Assembly: GCF_001194135.2 (NCBI RefSeq)
Contig: NC_068982.1
Coordinates: 36,089,566-36,153,565, forward strand
DNA from: Octopus bimaculoides
Taxonomy: Eukaryota
Length of the DNA stretch: 64,000 nt
Reading direction: 5' to 3'
Shown here: piece by piece, positions 34,711-47,900 of the stretch
How positions within the stretch are numbered: the first letter of the stretch is position 1
Layout: each line of letters opens with the position of its first letter
Notes under the pieces: generated by a model
Told to the model about the DNA's origin: nothing
The model's input: the letters and a program-made list of their open reading frames with translations, nothing else
Database searches by the model: none
Made by a program: the position numbers and the translations under genes

Positions 34711-34943
34711 AATGTACTTGTACCAGTATCACATTAAATGCATTCATACTGGTGCCACATTAAATGCACTCTTGCTGATGCCATGTGAAATGCACTTATA
34801 CTGGTATCATGTATAATACACTCATGCCAGTACCAGGTGCAATGCACTCATTCTAGATTCACATGAAAAGCATTTGTCGGGTGCCATGTGTAATGCACTC
34901 GTGCTGGTTCCACATAAGATGCTCTCATGCCAGTGCCATATAA
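34711..34943 (+). repeat. Degenerate 26 bp tandem array (9 units) fused to an RTE-type 3' tail
   Basis: Units start at 34711, 34737, 34763, 34789, 34815, 34841, 34867, 34892 and 34918. Consensus about AATGCACTCATGCTGGTGCCACATRW. The RTE tail follows to about 35115. Confidence 0.8.
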
Positions 34944-35793
34944 AATGCATCCAGCATACTCTGTAAAGTGGTTGGATTCAGGAAGGATATCCAGTCATAG
35001 AAACCATGCCAAAACAGACAATTGGAACCTGGGCAGTTCTCTGGCTGGCCAGTTCCTATCAAACTGTCCAGTCCATGCCAGCATGGAAAACGAATATTAA
35101 ATGATGATGATGATGTTTCTATGGTTGGATGCCATTCCTAACATCAAGCCCTTTACAAAGTACACAAATCCTTATTTTCATGGCGCCAGCGCTAAATAGA
35201 TTGTTACATCTTTGACAAGACTAAAGTGTTCACTCACTTTCACAGTTAACAAAGAGTACTGAATGCATTTTATGGTGTCAGCTTTGGAGAGCCAAAAGAG
35301 TGATAGCAAAAGATGGGTAAATAGCATGAATGATGAATATTATTGATGTGAAATGGTTAGGAGGAGGAGGGTATAAGAAGAGTATATGTTGTACATGCAG
35401 ATCTAATGAGGTTTTTTTTTAAAGTATTTATCTTGTGACCGTGACAGAGATAGGGTGATAAGAACGAGAGAGGGAAGGGCTGACTGTTGGAGTGGTCAAA
35501 TAGGTCCCACAAAAGCAATTTCCAGTGAACCAAAAAGATCCACTGCTATCATTTCTCACTTCAGCAGCGTAGTACAGTGAGAGTATTCAAGAGATGAACA
35601 ATAAGGTATGGATACTAGCAGCAAGAGTGATAAAGGCAAAGATGATAAGAGACATGGATGATGGTGGTATAGATGATAGGTGAGTGATAAGAGGGATGTG
35701 TGGTAAGAAGAATGAGTGTAAGATGCATTAAGGGATGAGGCTATTGAAGAAGCCAGTGATGTAACCCTGATAGTGTGTGTGTGTGGTCTGTGT

Positions 35794-36181
35794 TGTTGTT
35801 GTTGGCACTCCGTCGCTTATGACGTCGAGGGTTCCAGTTGATCCGATCAACGGAACAGCCTGCTCGTGAAATTAACGTGCAAGTGGCTGAGCACTCCACA
35901 GACATGTGTACCCTTAACATAGTTCTCGGGGATATTTAGCATGACACAGTGTGACAAGGCTGACCCTTTGAATTACAGGCACAACAGAAACAGGAAGTAA
36001 GAGTGAGAGAAAGTTGTGGTGGAAGAGTACAGCAGGGTTCGCCACCATACCCTGTCGGAGCCTTGTGGAGCTTTAGGTGTTTTTGCTCAATAAACACTCA
36101 CAACGCCCGGTCTGGGAATCGAAACCGCGATCCTATGACCGCGAGTCTGCTGCCCTAACCACTGGGCCATTGCACCTCCAC
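35794..36181 (-). mobile_element. Full-length tRNA-derived SINE (young)
   Basis: Perfect 11 bp TSD GTGGTCTGTGT (35783-35793 and 36182-36192). Very similar to 17489-17877. Confidence 0.92.
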
Positions 36182-37344
36182 GTGGTCTGTGTATATTGGT
36201 GAAATAAACATCGGAGATACTTTGCCCCATGCAGTAATTGCCAGAACAGCTCAGAGATATTGCAACTTCAGATGAATCCACCACAGTAACAGAAACCCTT
36301 CCACATCATTAGCAGATGTCTCAGGGTCACAAGCATTTCACCCTTTAGCCTGTATGCTTTGCCTTAGTGGGGCAGCATGAGCTGAGTTAGTCTTCACCTG
36401 CGAAAGGGTTCCATCTGTCATCTCTTGTCAACCACAGCCATCTTGATCTGGTTTCACCTGCCATTTCTATCTCCTTGGTGGCTCAGTTGTTGGATTCCAG
36501 ACTGATTTTTTGTGAGAAGTAGTACACTGATCTCACTGGAAAGCCACAACAGTCAACATCAATAGGGAATGAGACAGTGTGCCATCCTTTTACACTGTGC
36601 CTCTTTGCTAAAGGTGTGTGTGTGTAATCGTGTGTGAGTATATGTATATATATATATATATATATATACATACAGATATAGGGTAAAAATTAATAGTTAA
36701 TAGTTAATAATTTTACCAAGTAGTTCGGTATGTTAAAAAACCATTATCGGTAAACTTATACAAAAGTTTTATAATTATAAACATAATTAAAATTAGGGTT
36801 CAGCAAAAATTGCTTCACCACACACCGAAATTTAGAAATAGTAGTTTTAACTNNNNNNNNNNNNNNNNNNNNNNNNNNNNNNNNNNNNNNNNNNNNNNNN
36901 NNNNNNNNNNNNNNNNNNNNNNNNNNNNNNNNNNNNNNNNNNNNNNNNNNNATTAATTATCATCATCATTTAATGTCTGCTCTCCATGCTGGCATGAGTT
37001 GAACCATTTTCATAGAGCTAGCTAGCAGGGAGCTGTCTGGACTCCAATTGTCTGTTGTGGCATGGTTTCTACAGCTGGATACCCTTTCTAATGCCAACCA
37101 CTTAATAGAATATGCTGGTTGCTTTTTTACATGTCACCATCACAGGTGCTTTTATGCAGCACTGGCATGAGTGTGTTAAAATAGCACTGACACAGGTGCA
37201 TTAATGCAGCACCAGTACAGGTGCTTTTTAAGTGGCACCAGCACCTGAAAGAACAAGCCTGTGTGTGTGGAAGACAACGATTTTACTTAGCTTGGCATCT
37301 ATATATATACTAAAGGAAGATAAGCCTGGCATGTTTAGAAAATC

Positions 37345-37640
37345 ATTCGAGCGAGGTCGTTGCCAGTGCTGCTGGACTGGCTCCTGTGCAGGTGGCACGT
37401 AAAAAACACCATTTTGAGCGTGACCATTGCTAGTACTGCATGACTGGCCTTCATGCCGGTGGCACATAAAAACACCCACTACACTCTCGAAGTGGTTGGC
37501 GTTAGGAAGGACATCCAGCTGTAGAAATTCTGCCAGATCAGATTGGAGCCTGGTGCAGCCATCCGGTTCACCAGTACTCTGTCAAATCGTCCAACCCATG
37601 CTAGCATGGAAAGCGGATGTTAAATGATGATGATGATGAT
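37345..37640 (+). mobile_element. RTE LINE 3' UTR
   Basis: cgagcgaggtcgttgccagtg..gttaggaaggacatccagctgtagaaa..gttaaatgatgatg. Confidence 0.85.
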
Positions 37641-37997
37641 ATGTATGTATGTACGCCCTCATACATTAATTGCTGTAACTGTATATAAGCATAGTTGCTA
37701 CATAGCCTTAAGTTAAATCTGAAGTAAAAAAAAGTATATGTATATCGTCATCATCGATTTAATGTCCATTTTCTATGCTTTATTGAAACAAGTTTTCTAG
37801 AGCTGAATGTGATTCCTATTGTCAACCCTCACCTGTTTCCAAATAAGGTAGTATTTCCTTATAGCAAGACATGCTTTCTTGAAAGATTGGGAACAAAGAA
37901 TACTGTTTACAGGATGCTGCTGCCCATTTACAAGTATCATACAATGCCGAGACAAGGGAACACACACACACACATGTATGTGTGTGTGTGTATATAT

Positions 37998-38900
37998 CAT
38001 CATCATCATCATCATCGTTTAACGTCCGCTTTCCATGCTAGCATGGGTTGGACGATTTGACTGAGGACTGGTGCAACCGGATGGCTACACCAGGCTCCAA
38101 TCTAATTTGGCAGAGTTTCTACAGCTGGATGCCCTTCCTAACGCCAACCACTCAGAGAGTGTAGTGGGTGCTTTTACGTGTCACCCGCACGAAAACGGCC
38201 ACGCTCGAAATGGTGTCTTTTATGTGCCACCCGCACAAGAGCCAGTCCAGGGGCACTGGCAACGATCTCACTTGGCTTGCCGGGTCTTCTCACGCACAGC
38301 ACATTTCCAAAGGTCTCGGTCAGTAGTCATCGCCTCGGTGAGGCCCAATGTTCGAAGGTCTTGCCTCACCACCTCAGCCCAGGTCTTCCTGGGCCTACCT
38401 CTTTCACGGGTTCCCTCAACTGTCAGGGAGTGGCACTNNNNNNNNNNCAACCACTCAGAGAGTGTAGTGGGTGCTTTTACGTGTCACCCGCACGAAAACG
38501 GCCACGCTCGAAATGGTGTCTTTTATGTGCCACCCGCACAAGAGCCAGTCCAGGGGCACTGGCAACGATCTCACTTGGCTTGCCGGGTCTTCTCACGCAC
38601 AGCACATTTCCAAAGGTCTCGGTCAGTAGTCATCGCCTCGGTGAGGCCCAATGTTCGAAGGTCTTGCCTCACCACCTCAGCCCAGGTCTTCCTGGGCCTA
38701 CCTCTTTCACGGGTTCCCTCAACTGTCAGGGAGTGGCACTTTTTCACGCAGCTATCCTCATTCATTCTCACCACATGGCCAAACCAGCGCAATCGTCTCT
38801 CTTGCACACCACTACTGACGCTTCTTATGTTCAGCTTTTCTCTCAAGATACTTACACTCTGACGGGTATGCACATTTACATTACACATCCAGCGGAGCAT
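37998..38900 (-). mobile_element. 5'-truncated young RTE LINE
   Basis: ORF 38571-38900, MLRWMCNV..VQERRLRWFGHVVRM..GRPRKTW..KTRQAK*. 38145-38437 is repeated at 38448-38740 across an N gap. Confidence 0.9.
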
Positions 38901-39818
38901 ATATATACTACATATGTGGGAAATTCTGTCTGTGCGTGTGTTTGTGGAGTTGTTAGATAACTCCTCCTACATCATTTTATTGATTTTGATGAAACTTGAC
39001 ATGTGAGTAGAACTCATGTCTGGAAACCTCATGGCATAATCAGATTGTTGAAAAAAATCGATAATAGGGCCTCTGAAAGGATCCTTGTATATATCTAATA
39101 TATTTTATTTAAAAAAACAAGGGAAATAACCCATTCGCCTCTGGAAGGGATCCTCATATATAGCCAAGGGAAATAACTCATTCATTTTCCTAAATTATTT
39201 GGTAAAAATGAAATTGAGTATGCTTATTTCTTAGTATTTGAACTGTTAGAGTTATTTTCCCAATTTATTCAGTACAATTCTTAAACAAGTAAATAGTATT
39301 TTCCTAAACAATAGATCCACTTATTTCGGTTAGTGACTTATTCACGAATATACCAACACTAGCAACCCTGAAGCTAATATTCTCTGCGAACGCACAAAAG
39401 CCCTTTTCAGAGTTATTTACTTTGAATTGTAATTATCTCATATCTGATTAGCCTGTTATTATGTAACATGCTTCACGATTTTAGTATAAATACCTTATTA
39501 GTATTTCCTCCTATGTTCATAATACTCTGGGAACGCATTAAAGCCCTTTTCGGGGTTACTTTATTTGAATTCTTACTATCAAATAACTAATTTCATGTTA
39601 TTACACAAGTGACTTCACAATTTGGTATTTATAACTTATTGGGAATTTCTAAAAATGATATCCTGTGTAAGACAGTTTCGTATTCTCTGTAAATGCACAA
39701 AAACCATTTTAAGGGCTACATACTTTGTATTGTTATTATTGGATTAGCGAAGCAGTTATGAGAATAGAACCAAGGGATAAGCCCCGCTTTTCCGGGAATT
39801 ACTGGGTACATCAGCTAG
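38901..39818 (+). mobile_element. Non-autonomous Helitron-like element with internal tandem repeats
   Basis: 3' end ..ccgggaattactgggtacatcagCTAG|T resembles the hairpin-CTAG end at 477-505. There are three internal repeats of about 140-160 bp. The canonical 5' TC is not clearly seen. Confidence 0.6.
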
Positions 39819-39829
39819 TATATATATAT

Positions 39830-40140
39830 ATGGTGCTACATAAAAAGCACCCAATACACTCTGTAAAGTGATTGGTATTTAGGAAGAGCATCCAGCCATA
39901 GAAACCATACTAAAGCAGGTAGCAGGGTTTGGTGCAGTCTTCTGACTTGCCAGTTCCTGTGGAATTATCCATCTATTCCAGCATGGAAAAGAAAATTTAA
40001 ATGACAGTGATACAAGCTTCTTTTAGTTTTTGATCTACCAAATCCATTCACAAGTTTAGGGCCGGTCCAGGACTTTAGCTGAAGACACTTGCCTAAGATG
40101 CTATGCAGTAGGACTGGACCCAAAACCGTGTGGGTTCATC
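39830..40140. mobile_element. RTE-tail copy (+, 39830-40000) abutting a partial SINE (-, 40010-40140)
   Basis: Recognisable family motifs as in the copies above. Confidence 0.6.
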
Positions 40141-40519
40141 AACTTTTCTCTAAAACTTTTAACTCCAAAATTATTTTAATACATAATTATATGGTAAGTA
40201 TTCCAACATTTTCATGTAACAGACATTTATATTTATCCTATATAAGGAATTATGATCAGGTAATAATCTAATACAACAGGTATTTTTTGAAAAAATATTT
40301 TGTTGATGCCCTTCGAAAGTAGGACCTTAATCTTTTCCCTTTCTTCTATTCTAAATGTGAAACCTTTTATCAATGTAATAAAAAAATTTTCTTATCCTTC
40401 CAACTAGTTAAATCTCCCTATTGTAACTATTGTACTTCACTTAGTTGTTAGTTCTTCAGAAATTTTTCAAAACTTGTATTTCTCATAATAAATAAGAAAA
40501 ATTAGCCCCAGGTAAGGGA

Positions 40520-41900
40520 CGTATTTATTCTCCGATGAAGAGCTGTATTTGAAACGTCAGATTTTTATTGTCTTTGTAGGTTATTCACCTCGAGTTGGGT
40601 TAGGTTTAGAATAGGGGGCGTTGTTTCGTAACAAGGGAAATAATTCAGCTACACGACATGTCTCTCGAAGCGTCGTTAAGACTTGACGATTGACGGACAA
40701 AATCTCAATGTTTGTCTCGGATACGTTAGTCTTTTCACCTTCAACAATGAAGGTTCGAATTACTAATATGGAAGGTGTCGATATTATCGATGAATTTCGA
40801 CCAGATTTAACGGTAGATATGGTAAAGATCCGTTCTTTAAGCCAACTTTTTAGTCCAATGGAAAGCATGAAAGTCTCTCTCTATCACAAAGTTTTACTCG
40901 TCCGAACTGGTAAGGTTCTAAATGAGGAATCCACATTGCAACAAGAAGGTCTTCGAGATAACGGTGAGAAGTTATTTTGTTATTTTACTATGACACACAC
41001 TCCACCTCAACATGGATCCAGCTTAATTTTCACAATTATTTCAAACTGAGTTCATTTAAACGTCATTCTTAGCAAATTAACACATGTCTGTCCGCGAAAC
41101 TTTTGTTTAGCCGAACGATTTGCCGTTGCTATTGTGTATGTAACTTGTAAATATTGGAATTTTTGAAATGATTTTCTTTTCTGGTTATTCAAAGCAAGCT
41201 CTTCAAGTTACGGTAGAATACCGATTAACAGTTTCAATTGGTTAATGTTCATTGAATATTTATAGGAAGGAATGTGTAGAGTTGTTTCGGTAAGGCATTA
41301 TTATGAAAGAAAAGTTTGGGCATACTGTTTTGTTCCAGAAATGTTGTAAGATAAAATAAGTTGGTGATAGGTGAATTAATGAGTTGTGTGGTTTAGCATT
41401 TGGCACTGAAATGCTAACATTAAGCTCCGGTATTGCTCACCATAATAGTATTAATAGTAAAATTTCTTGATGCTGTTCAGTGATAAATTAAGGACTAGAT
41501 TTTTCACTAAAGAAGAGTTTGCAAGTGAAGCAAGTTTTATCGAGAGGGTGTAACAGGAAAAAGGCTACAGCACTTCAATCCAGGTTGATTAACTATATAA
41601 TAAATTGTGAAATTGAGTTTGTTAAATGCCGCAAGCGAGTATTGAACCGACAATATTGTTTTGCATCGTTGCTGTCAAATGTAAACATACTAACCAATGT
41701 TATCTATCTATATATATATAGCTGAAACTGTTTCGCTTCTGTCGTCGCTAAAACTTTCAGAAAGGCATAAATATCGCAATTTATGCATATATAGACCTGC
41801 ACACGCACACACTGGCTCAATCAAAATTTCGAAGATTTAATTCATTAGTCACACAGTTTAGGTATTTTGATATAAATGTGACTCGAGAATAAAACAGATT
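40520..41900 (+). promoter_or_regulatory. Likely UBAC1 promoter / first-exon region
   Basis: Visibly higher CpG density than the surrounding CpG-depleted DNA, spanning exon 1. The TSS is not identifiable. Confidence 0.45.
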
Positions 41901-44900
41901 GTGGATCTGTCATACTGATAGCAATTTCGAGAACAAAATAAATAAACTAATTATAAACCGATAAGCTAACATGATCATCAACGATTCAAAACCTATTTCT
42001 CAATCAGATATAAGTTACATCTATTTTTATATCTCATTCCTGTAGCATCTCCCCATAGGTACAATGTTATACATTTTTGACTACATCGTGCCAGGTTTAA
42101 TGGGTATCTTCCACTACTAACTCTTAGATGTTCAGTCACCATCTCGATACACTTGCATTGAACCTTATTTCTAAGTGAACAACATTTCACATGTAATACA
42201 CATCTCTCTGGTTATGGAAGTATTGCCTTGCATATACAGAACTAATTTTACAGGAGTTAATCTCCCTCTCTTCAGTTTTCTATTGTAGGATGAGTTGATT
42301 CTTGCAAATTTAAACATTTTTGCATTGTTTACAGTTGGATATTCTTACAACCAGTAACCACTTATGCATAAAAATAAGTGTTGTTCATATAATTAAAAAA
42401 GATTGTTGTTATTTTCCCTGGAAATATAGATCTAGTATTGCTTTGAACAAATGAACTCTTGTCCATTAAGGAATGTAGACTGAAAGATGACTAACAGAAG
42501 ACACAATAAATTGCTATGTGTCATTTTAAATATATATATTCAAGTACAATTTTTATCAACTTCATAAAGAGCTGGATAATGAAGAAGCTTATATGCTTGG
42601 TTGCTTCAACTTGTTAGAAATAGTAGTCAACTTGATTATACTATGGCATCTTAAATAAGGAAATCACACAGGAGATAATATAGTTCCACATACTCCTTAT
42701 ATTATTGGTAATAGGTTTGCTTGGATCGTAAGAAGGAAAAGCTAAGTAAAACTGTAAATTCCAGAAATGTATATCATTGACACTGTTCTTAGAAAGTTTG
42801 AAATATGTTGTGAATTTACAAAGCAAAAATAATTGAGAGAGTAATTAAAGGCATGTGTGAAGGTGAGGTGACTGTAGTATTGCAGATATGTGATGTGAGT
42901 AGACAACGCATGGTATGTGTCATGTGTTGATTCTATTGTTCAACCTTGATAATGCACACTTATGTTCACCAGTGGCCCTCCCATCTTTTAACAAAGTGTA
43001 TTGACTGGACTCTTTCATTTTTTTTTCAACTCACAGATGAGGTTTGATAGAGTTTTGGCTGCTAATTCCAAAGGACTAAGGAAGATATAGGAAGTAATAT
43101 AGAAGTAATGAGGCTGGATCTCAGGTTATTTGGTTGAAAATATGAGACTAAAGGAAAGTAGTGATATATTGCAGTGCAGATATTTTAAAAAGCATAGTTT
43201 AAAATGATGGTGGTGAATATTCCTTTACTTGTTTCAGTCATTTGACTGCAACTATGCTGGGGCACCACCTTGAAGAATTTTAGTCAAATGAATCAACTTC
43301 AGTACATATTTTTTAAAGGCTGGTACTTATTCTATCAGTCTCTTTTGTCAAACTGCAAAGTTATGGGGACATATACCAACACCAGTTGTCAAGTGGTGGT
43401 GGGGACAAACACACACACATATGTATTACAGGCTTCTTTCAGCTTCTGTCTGCCAAATCCATTCACAAGGCACTTGCTCAAGGTATTATGTAGTGGGACT
43501 GAACCCAGAACTGTGTGGTTGGGAAGCAAACTTCTTCCCACACAGCCAAGCTTGTACCTAGGAATTAGTATCGAAACCAGTTTCTGAATTTCTCTTACTT
43601 TAGTACATATATAACCACTAGCGTAGCTAGAGTGGGTGCCGCCTGGGGGGGGGGGCCCTTCTGTTTGCCGCTCCGAGACCCCACAAAAAACAGCAGACCC
43701 AAAAGTGCCGCCCCTTTAAGAGTGATGCTCAGGGTGAACCGCCCCTAGCTACAGTAGTGTGTATAACCAAAGAAAGTAAACTAGAAAAAGAAAAAAAATC
43801 TTTGGAATTTCCTCAAAAGTGAAAAGAAATATGCTCAACTACTGATGAGCGTATAAAATTGGAAAGCTGATAAAAATTTTGCTGTCTGTGGGTATGGCCT
43901 TAGAATTTTCTTCAAAACTTTGTTACATGGAATCTGACTTCACGAACCCTGTAGTAAACTGGATGGAGAAATAGAAATATTAAAAAAAACAATTCTTTGT
44001 GAGTTGTGCATAAAGGATGTTTAAGATTAATTCTATATCTTTGTTTTATTGTTTTCTGGCAGATGAAATAATTATTCTGAAACGTCGGTTGCCACCTTTT
44101 GTTTATGATGGAGCTGACAAGGTGAGTGATACTTTTGTATATTTTTAAAATATAATTTCCTAGCCTGTAATTTGTAAATTCCTTTTCTAAACCATTGCAA
44201 CCTGCTCAAATATGTCTGGAATATCTTATATTTTATTTTATTGTCTGTGTTATCTATAGAACTTAGCCAGCATTCATACAATTTGTGTGTGTGTGTGTGT
44301 GTGTTGGGAAAAACTTCAGTTTAGGACTATGAAAGAGTTACATTAATACTATGTTTACAGTCTTTGACTTGTATTTCTTCTTTCTGGAATGTCAGTATGC
44401 TTAAAGTAGAAGTTGGTTGATTTTGGCAAATCTTTGAAAGTTTCATATTTGTCCAGAGCAGTCAATGAGAATTACATTGATTTCTGACATTGACACAAGA
44501 CTACAAACTTTTAAGGTGGATATAGTCAATTATACTACAGGTGTAGGTGAATGTAATGCAAGATGACTTTGCTGTAACACAAAATCACAAGTTAAGCATG
44601 GGTAGCTCCATTTATTTTTAGTTAGGCCATGAGATGCTTCATGGTTGTTTAGCTCCAGGTCATCCTTGAGAGAGGAGACTTATGATCAAAGATGTTCCAA
44701 CTATGATTATCTTACTTCTTTTTCAGACATAGTGTTTAGGACTTTATTAAGATGGTAAGGTGTGATTTGAGGGAGATTTAGCTGCTATTCCTAAAAAATA
44801 GAACTGTTACATATCATAAATTAATTTTACAATATTTTTTTCTATTTAAGCATGCATTTCTTTTTGTGCTGTCATTAGATTTGTACAACCTTATATAGAT

Positions 44901-47900
44901 GTCATTTTTAAGTTCTACAGATGTCTGTGTTATTTTAGCCAATAAGTGTCTGCAAGTCATTTTCGACTATTTAAATAGAAGTAAAATTGCTCCTCTCTAA
45001 CTCTCTCATTGATGTCACTGGTAGCCAAAGGTAAACTATCTTATTTTCCTCTTGCTCTAGCCCCTCCCTAGACATTTATCTATGGATTAGCCTCAGTAGT
45101 ATAGAAACTTCAATTTTGCAGTACTTTAAACCAAACATAAAATCATTTGCTGACTGTTATTTTTTACTAGTTTAAAAACTCATCTACACGTCTATTTACC
45201 ATTGTTCTTTATCTGTTGGAAACTTTTTACTTTACAAACATGAATGAAATACTTCCTATGACACATTATTTGACTTTGCAAAACACACATACATTCTCAC
45301 AAATACATTTATGAAACTTTACCTAAATAGATTTTGCAATTCAAGATCTGTTATATTCTTGTTTCAGTTACTCATATACCATTTACTATGTAATTATTAT
45401 TGCAATATTTATCAAACAAGATCAGAAGAGATCTATTTTCTGCTAGAATTAAAAAAAAAATTATAATCCTTTACTGATGCTATGGATAATTATTTTAATT
45501 TCTTACAAATCTAGTTCCAACCAACTAATAAAATTGTAGATTTTATTTTTTTCATCATTATTTTACTAGCTGACAAAACGCTTAGTAGCATTTTGTCTGT
45601 CTACACATTCTGAGTTCAAAACCTGCCAAGGTTAATTTTGTCTTTCATCCTTTTGGCATTGATAACTACCAGTCAAGCATTGGGGTTGATGTAATAGACT
45701 ATCCCCCTCCACCAAAATTTCAGGCCTTGTGCCTATAGAAGAAAAGATTATTCTATTAGGTTTTTTTCATGTAAGTATAGGATAGATAAGTTCACTGTAT
45801 TGTACTTGCACCTCAATCCTGCAGTTTATTTTATTTCATAGTTTTGGTTTTATTTTTTTTACTACCTACATCTGTTTGTTCTCCCCATACCATTTATACT
45901 CTATATTCAGCAACCACTCCTAGTTATGTCTTGTGACTCATCTATGCTTCAATTATCACTGAAGGCAAATGTGTATAATGTCAAATGCAGATTTCTTTAT
46001 GTATTCTAACATATTGTCTTCTAATTAAAAGTGCATCAAATCTCACATGCTCTCAGTTTAGGGCTAACACTACTGTACATTTTTCCTACTTAGGAATATC
46101 TGATATGTCACTTTTTATCTTGCTTTTAGATATGCTCCCTGATATCTCATTTATTCTTTTATTTGTTTCAGTCATTTGACTGTGGCCATGCTGGGGCACC
46201 ATCTGGAAGAAATTTAGTCGATCAAATCAACCCCAGGACTTATTTTTTTTTAAAGCCTGGTACTTATTCTATTGGTCACTTTTGCCAAACTGCTAAGTGA
46301 CAGGGATGTAAACACACCAACACTGGTTGGAGGATAAATGCAGACACAGTTGTGCACACACACACACACACACACATACATGATTAGCTCTTTTCACTTT
46401 CCGTCAACCAAATCCATTCACAAGGCTTTGGTTGGTCTGAGGCTATAGTAAAAGACACTTGCCCAAGGTATCATGCATTGGAACTGGACTGGACTGGAAC
46501 CATTTGGCTGGGGAGCAAGCTTCTTACCACACAGCCATGCCTGCATCTTTATCCACTTTTTTTCTATACATGACTTTCATCCCTTGGGATCTATTCTGCT
46601 GCTTTGTTGCCGGCTGTTTTATTGATCCTCTGTTTCAGTTACAAAACTAATCATTTGAAGTCCTTTGGAAATGTCCTGCTACTATGAATCATATGTCATT
46701 ACTTATGAAATATCTTAATTAGAATTATATATTCACATATTTTGGTGAGCCACTAACATGTAATAATTGGTAATATTTCAACCACTTTCTCTGTTGTTTT
46801 CACAGAAAGAAGAATCACGTAAAGGCCCCAATTCTGAAAGTGTTAATAAAGCTACTGCAGGATTGACTCCTTGTAATATGGAACCGACTACTGATAAACC
46901 TCCCAATGGAGGGGATGTAAGATTTTTTGCTTTCATTGCTGGAAATAAATTTAAAAAATAATGCTTTTTCTTTTTCTTATATACTGTTTGTTATGTCAAA
47001 ACATTAATGAGGTAATAAAGCCATGTTTTAAGAAAGTTTCTTTGCAGAGGTGTTTTACATAGACTGCACCTATAATGTTATAGTCTTATTGTTAAGTTAA
47101 TGTTATCAATGCAGGAAGCATTAAAAACCTGGATACTGGTGCCACATAAACAGCAGCTGTGCCGGTGCTGTGTAAAAGCATCCAGTGCACTCTTGTTAAG
47201 TGGTTGGAATTAGGAAAGTCATCCAGCTGTAGAAACCATGCCAAAACAGACATGGAGTCTGGGCAGTTCTTCAGCTGGCCAGCTCCTGTCAAACTGTTTG
47301 ATCCATGCCAGCATGGAAAACAAGCGTTAAATGATGATGATGATGGCATATTATGACCTTGTATCATCCTGTACATTTTGTACGTTTATATATGCATCCT
47401 GTACATTTACATGGTATTTCTTTCATTACTACTTTGGCTAGTTCAATGAAGTCTGTGCTCTTCTGATGAGGTAATAAGACCAGAACACGTTCAGAACTGT
47501 CATTTATTTGTCCATTTTTACAATAATTTTTACAATCATTAGCATGGGTTACATAAATACTTATTGTTGAAGCTTTATTTAACAGCTGGATGGCCTTCTT
47601 GCCACTAACCCTCTCTTGTTTTTCAAACGAGATTGTTTTTCATTCTGTATGTCTTCAAAAGCACAAAGGATTTGCTGGCAGGGAAATGTCAACGGAAAAC
47701 ATTGACCATGGCTCATGATCACAGAATGTAAACATCGATACACACACACACATGCGTGCACTCGCGTGCGGCTTTGTAGGCAATAATAGAAGACATTTGG
47801 CCAAGGTGTCATGCAGTAGGACTGAAAACCATGTGGTTGCAAAGTGAATTTCTTAACTACACAGTCATGCTTACATGTATTATGTATTTGCTATAAAAAC

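Noticed and set aside
34711-34943. CRISPR-like regular array
   Set aside because: The units are contiguous and degenerate with no unique spacers. The context is eukaryotic and the array is part of an RTE 3' UTR.
38145-38740. Apparent 293 bp tandem duplication of the RTE and the long ORFs 38071-38862 and 38178-38960
   Set aside because: The identical copies sit either side of a 10 N gap, which is typical of an unmerged contig overlap. The ORFs are antisense shadows of the LINE.
40604-40625. Telomere-like GGGTTAGGTTTAG
   Set aside because: Only one to two imperfect units, which is expected by chance.
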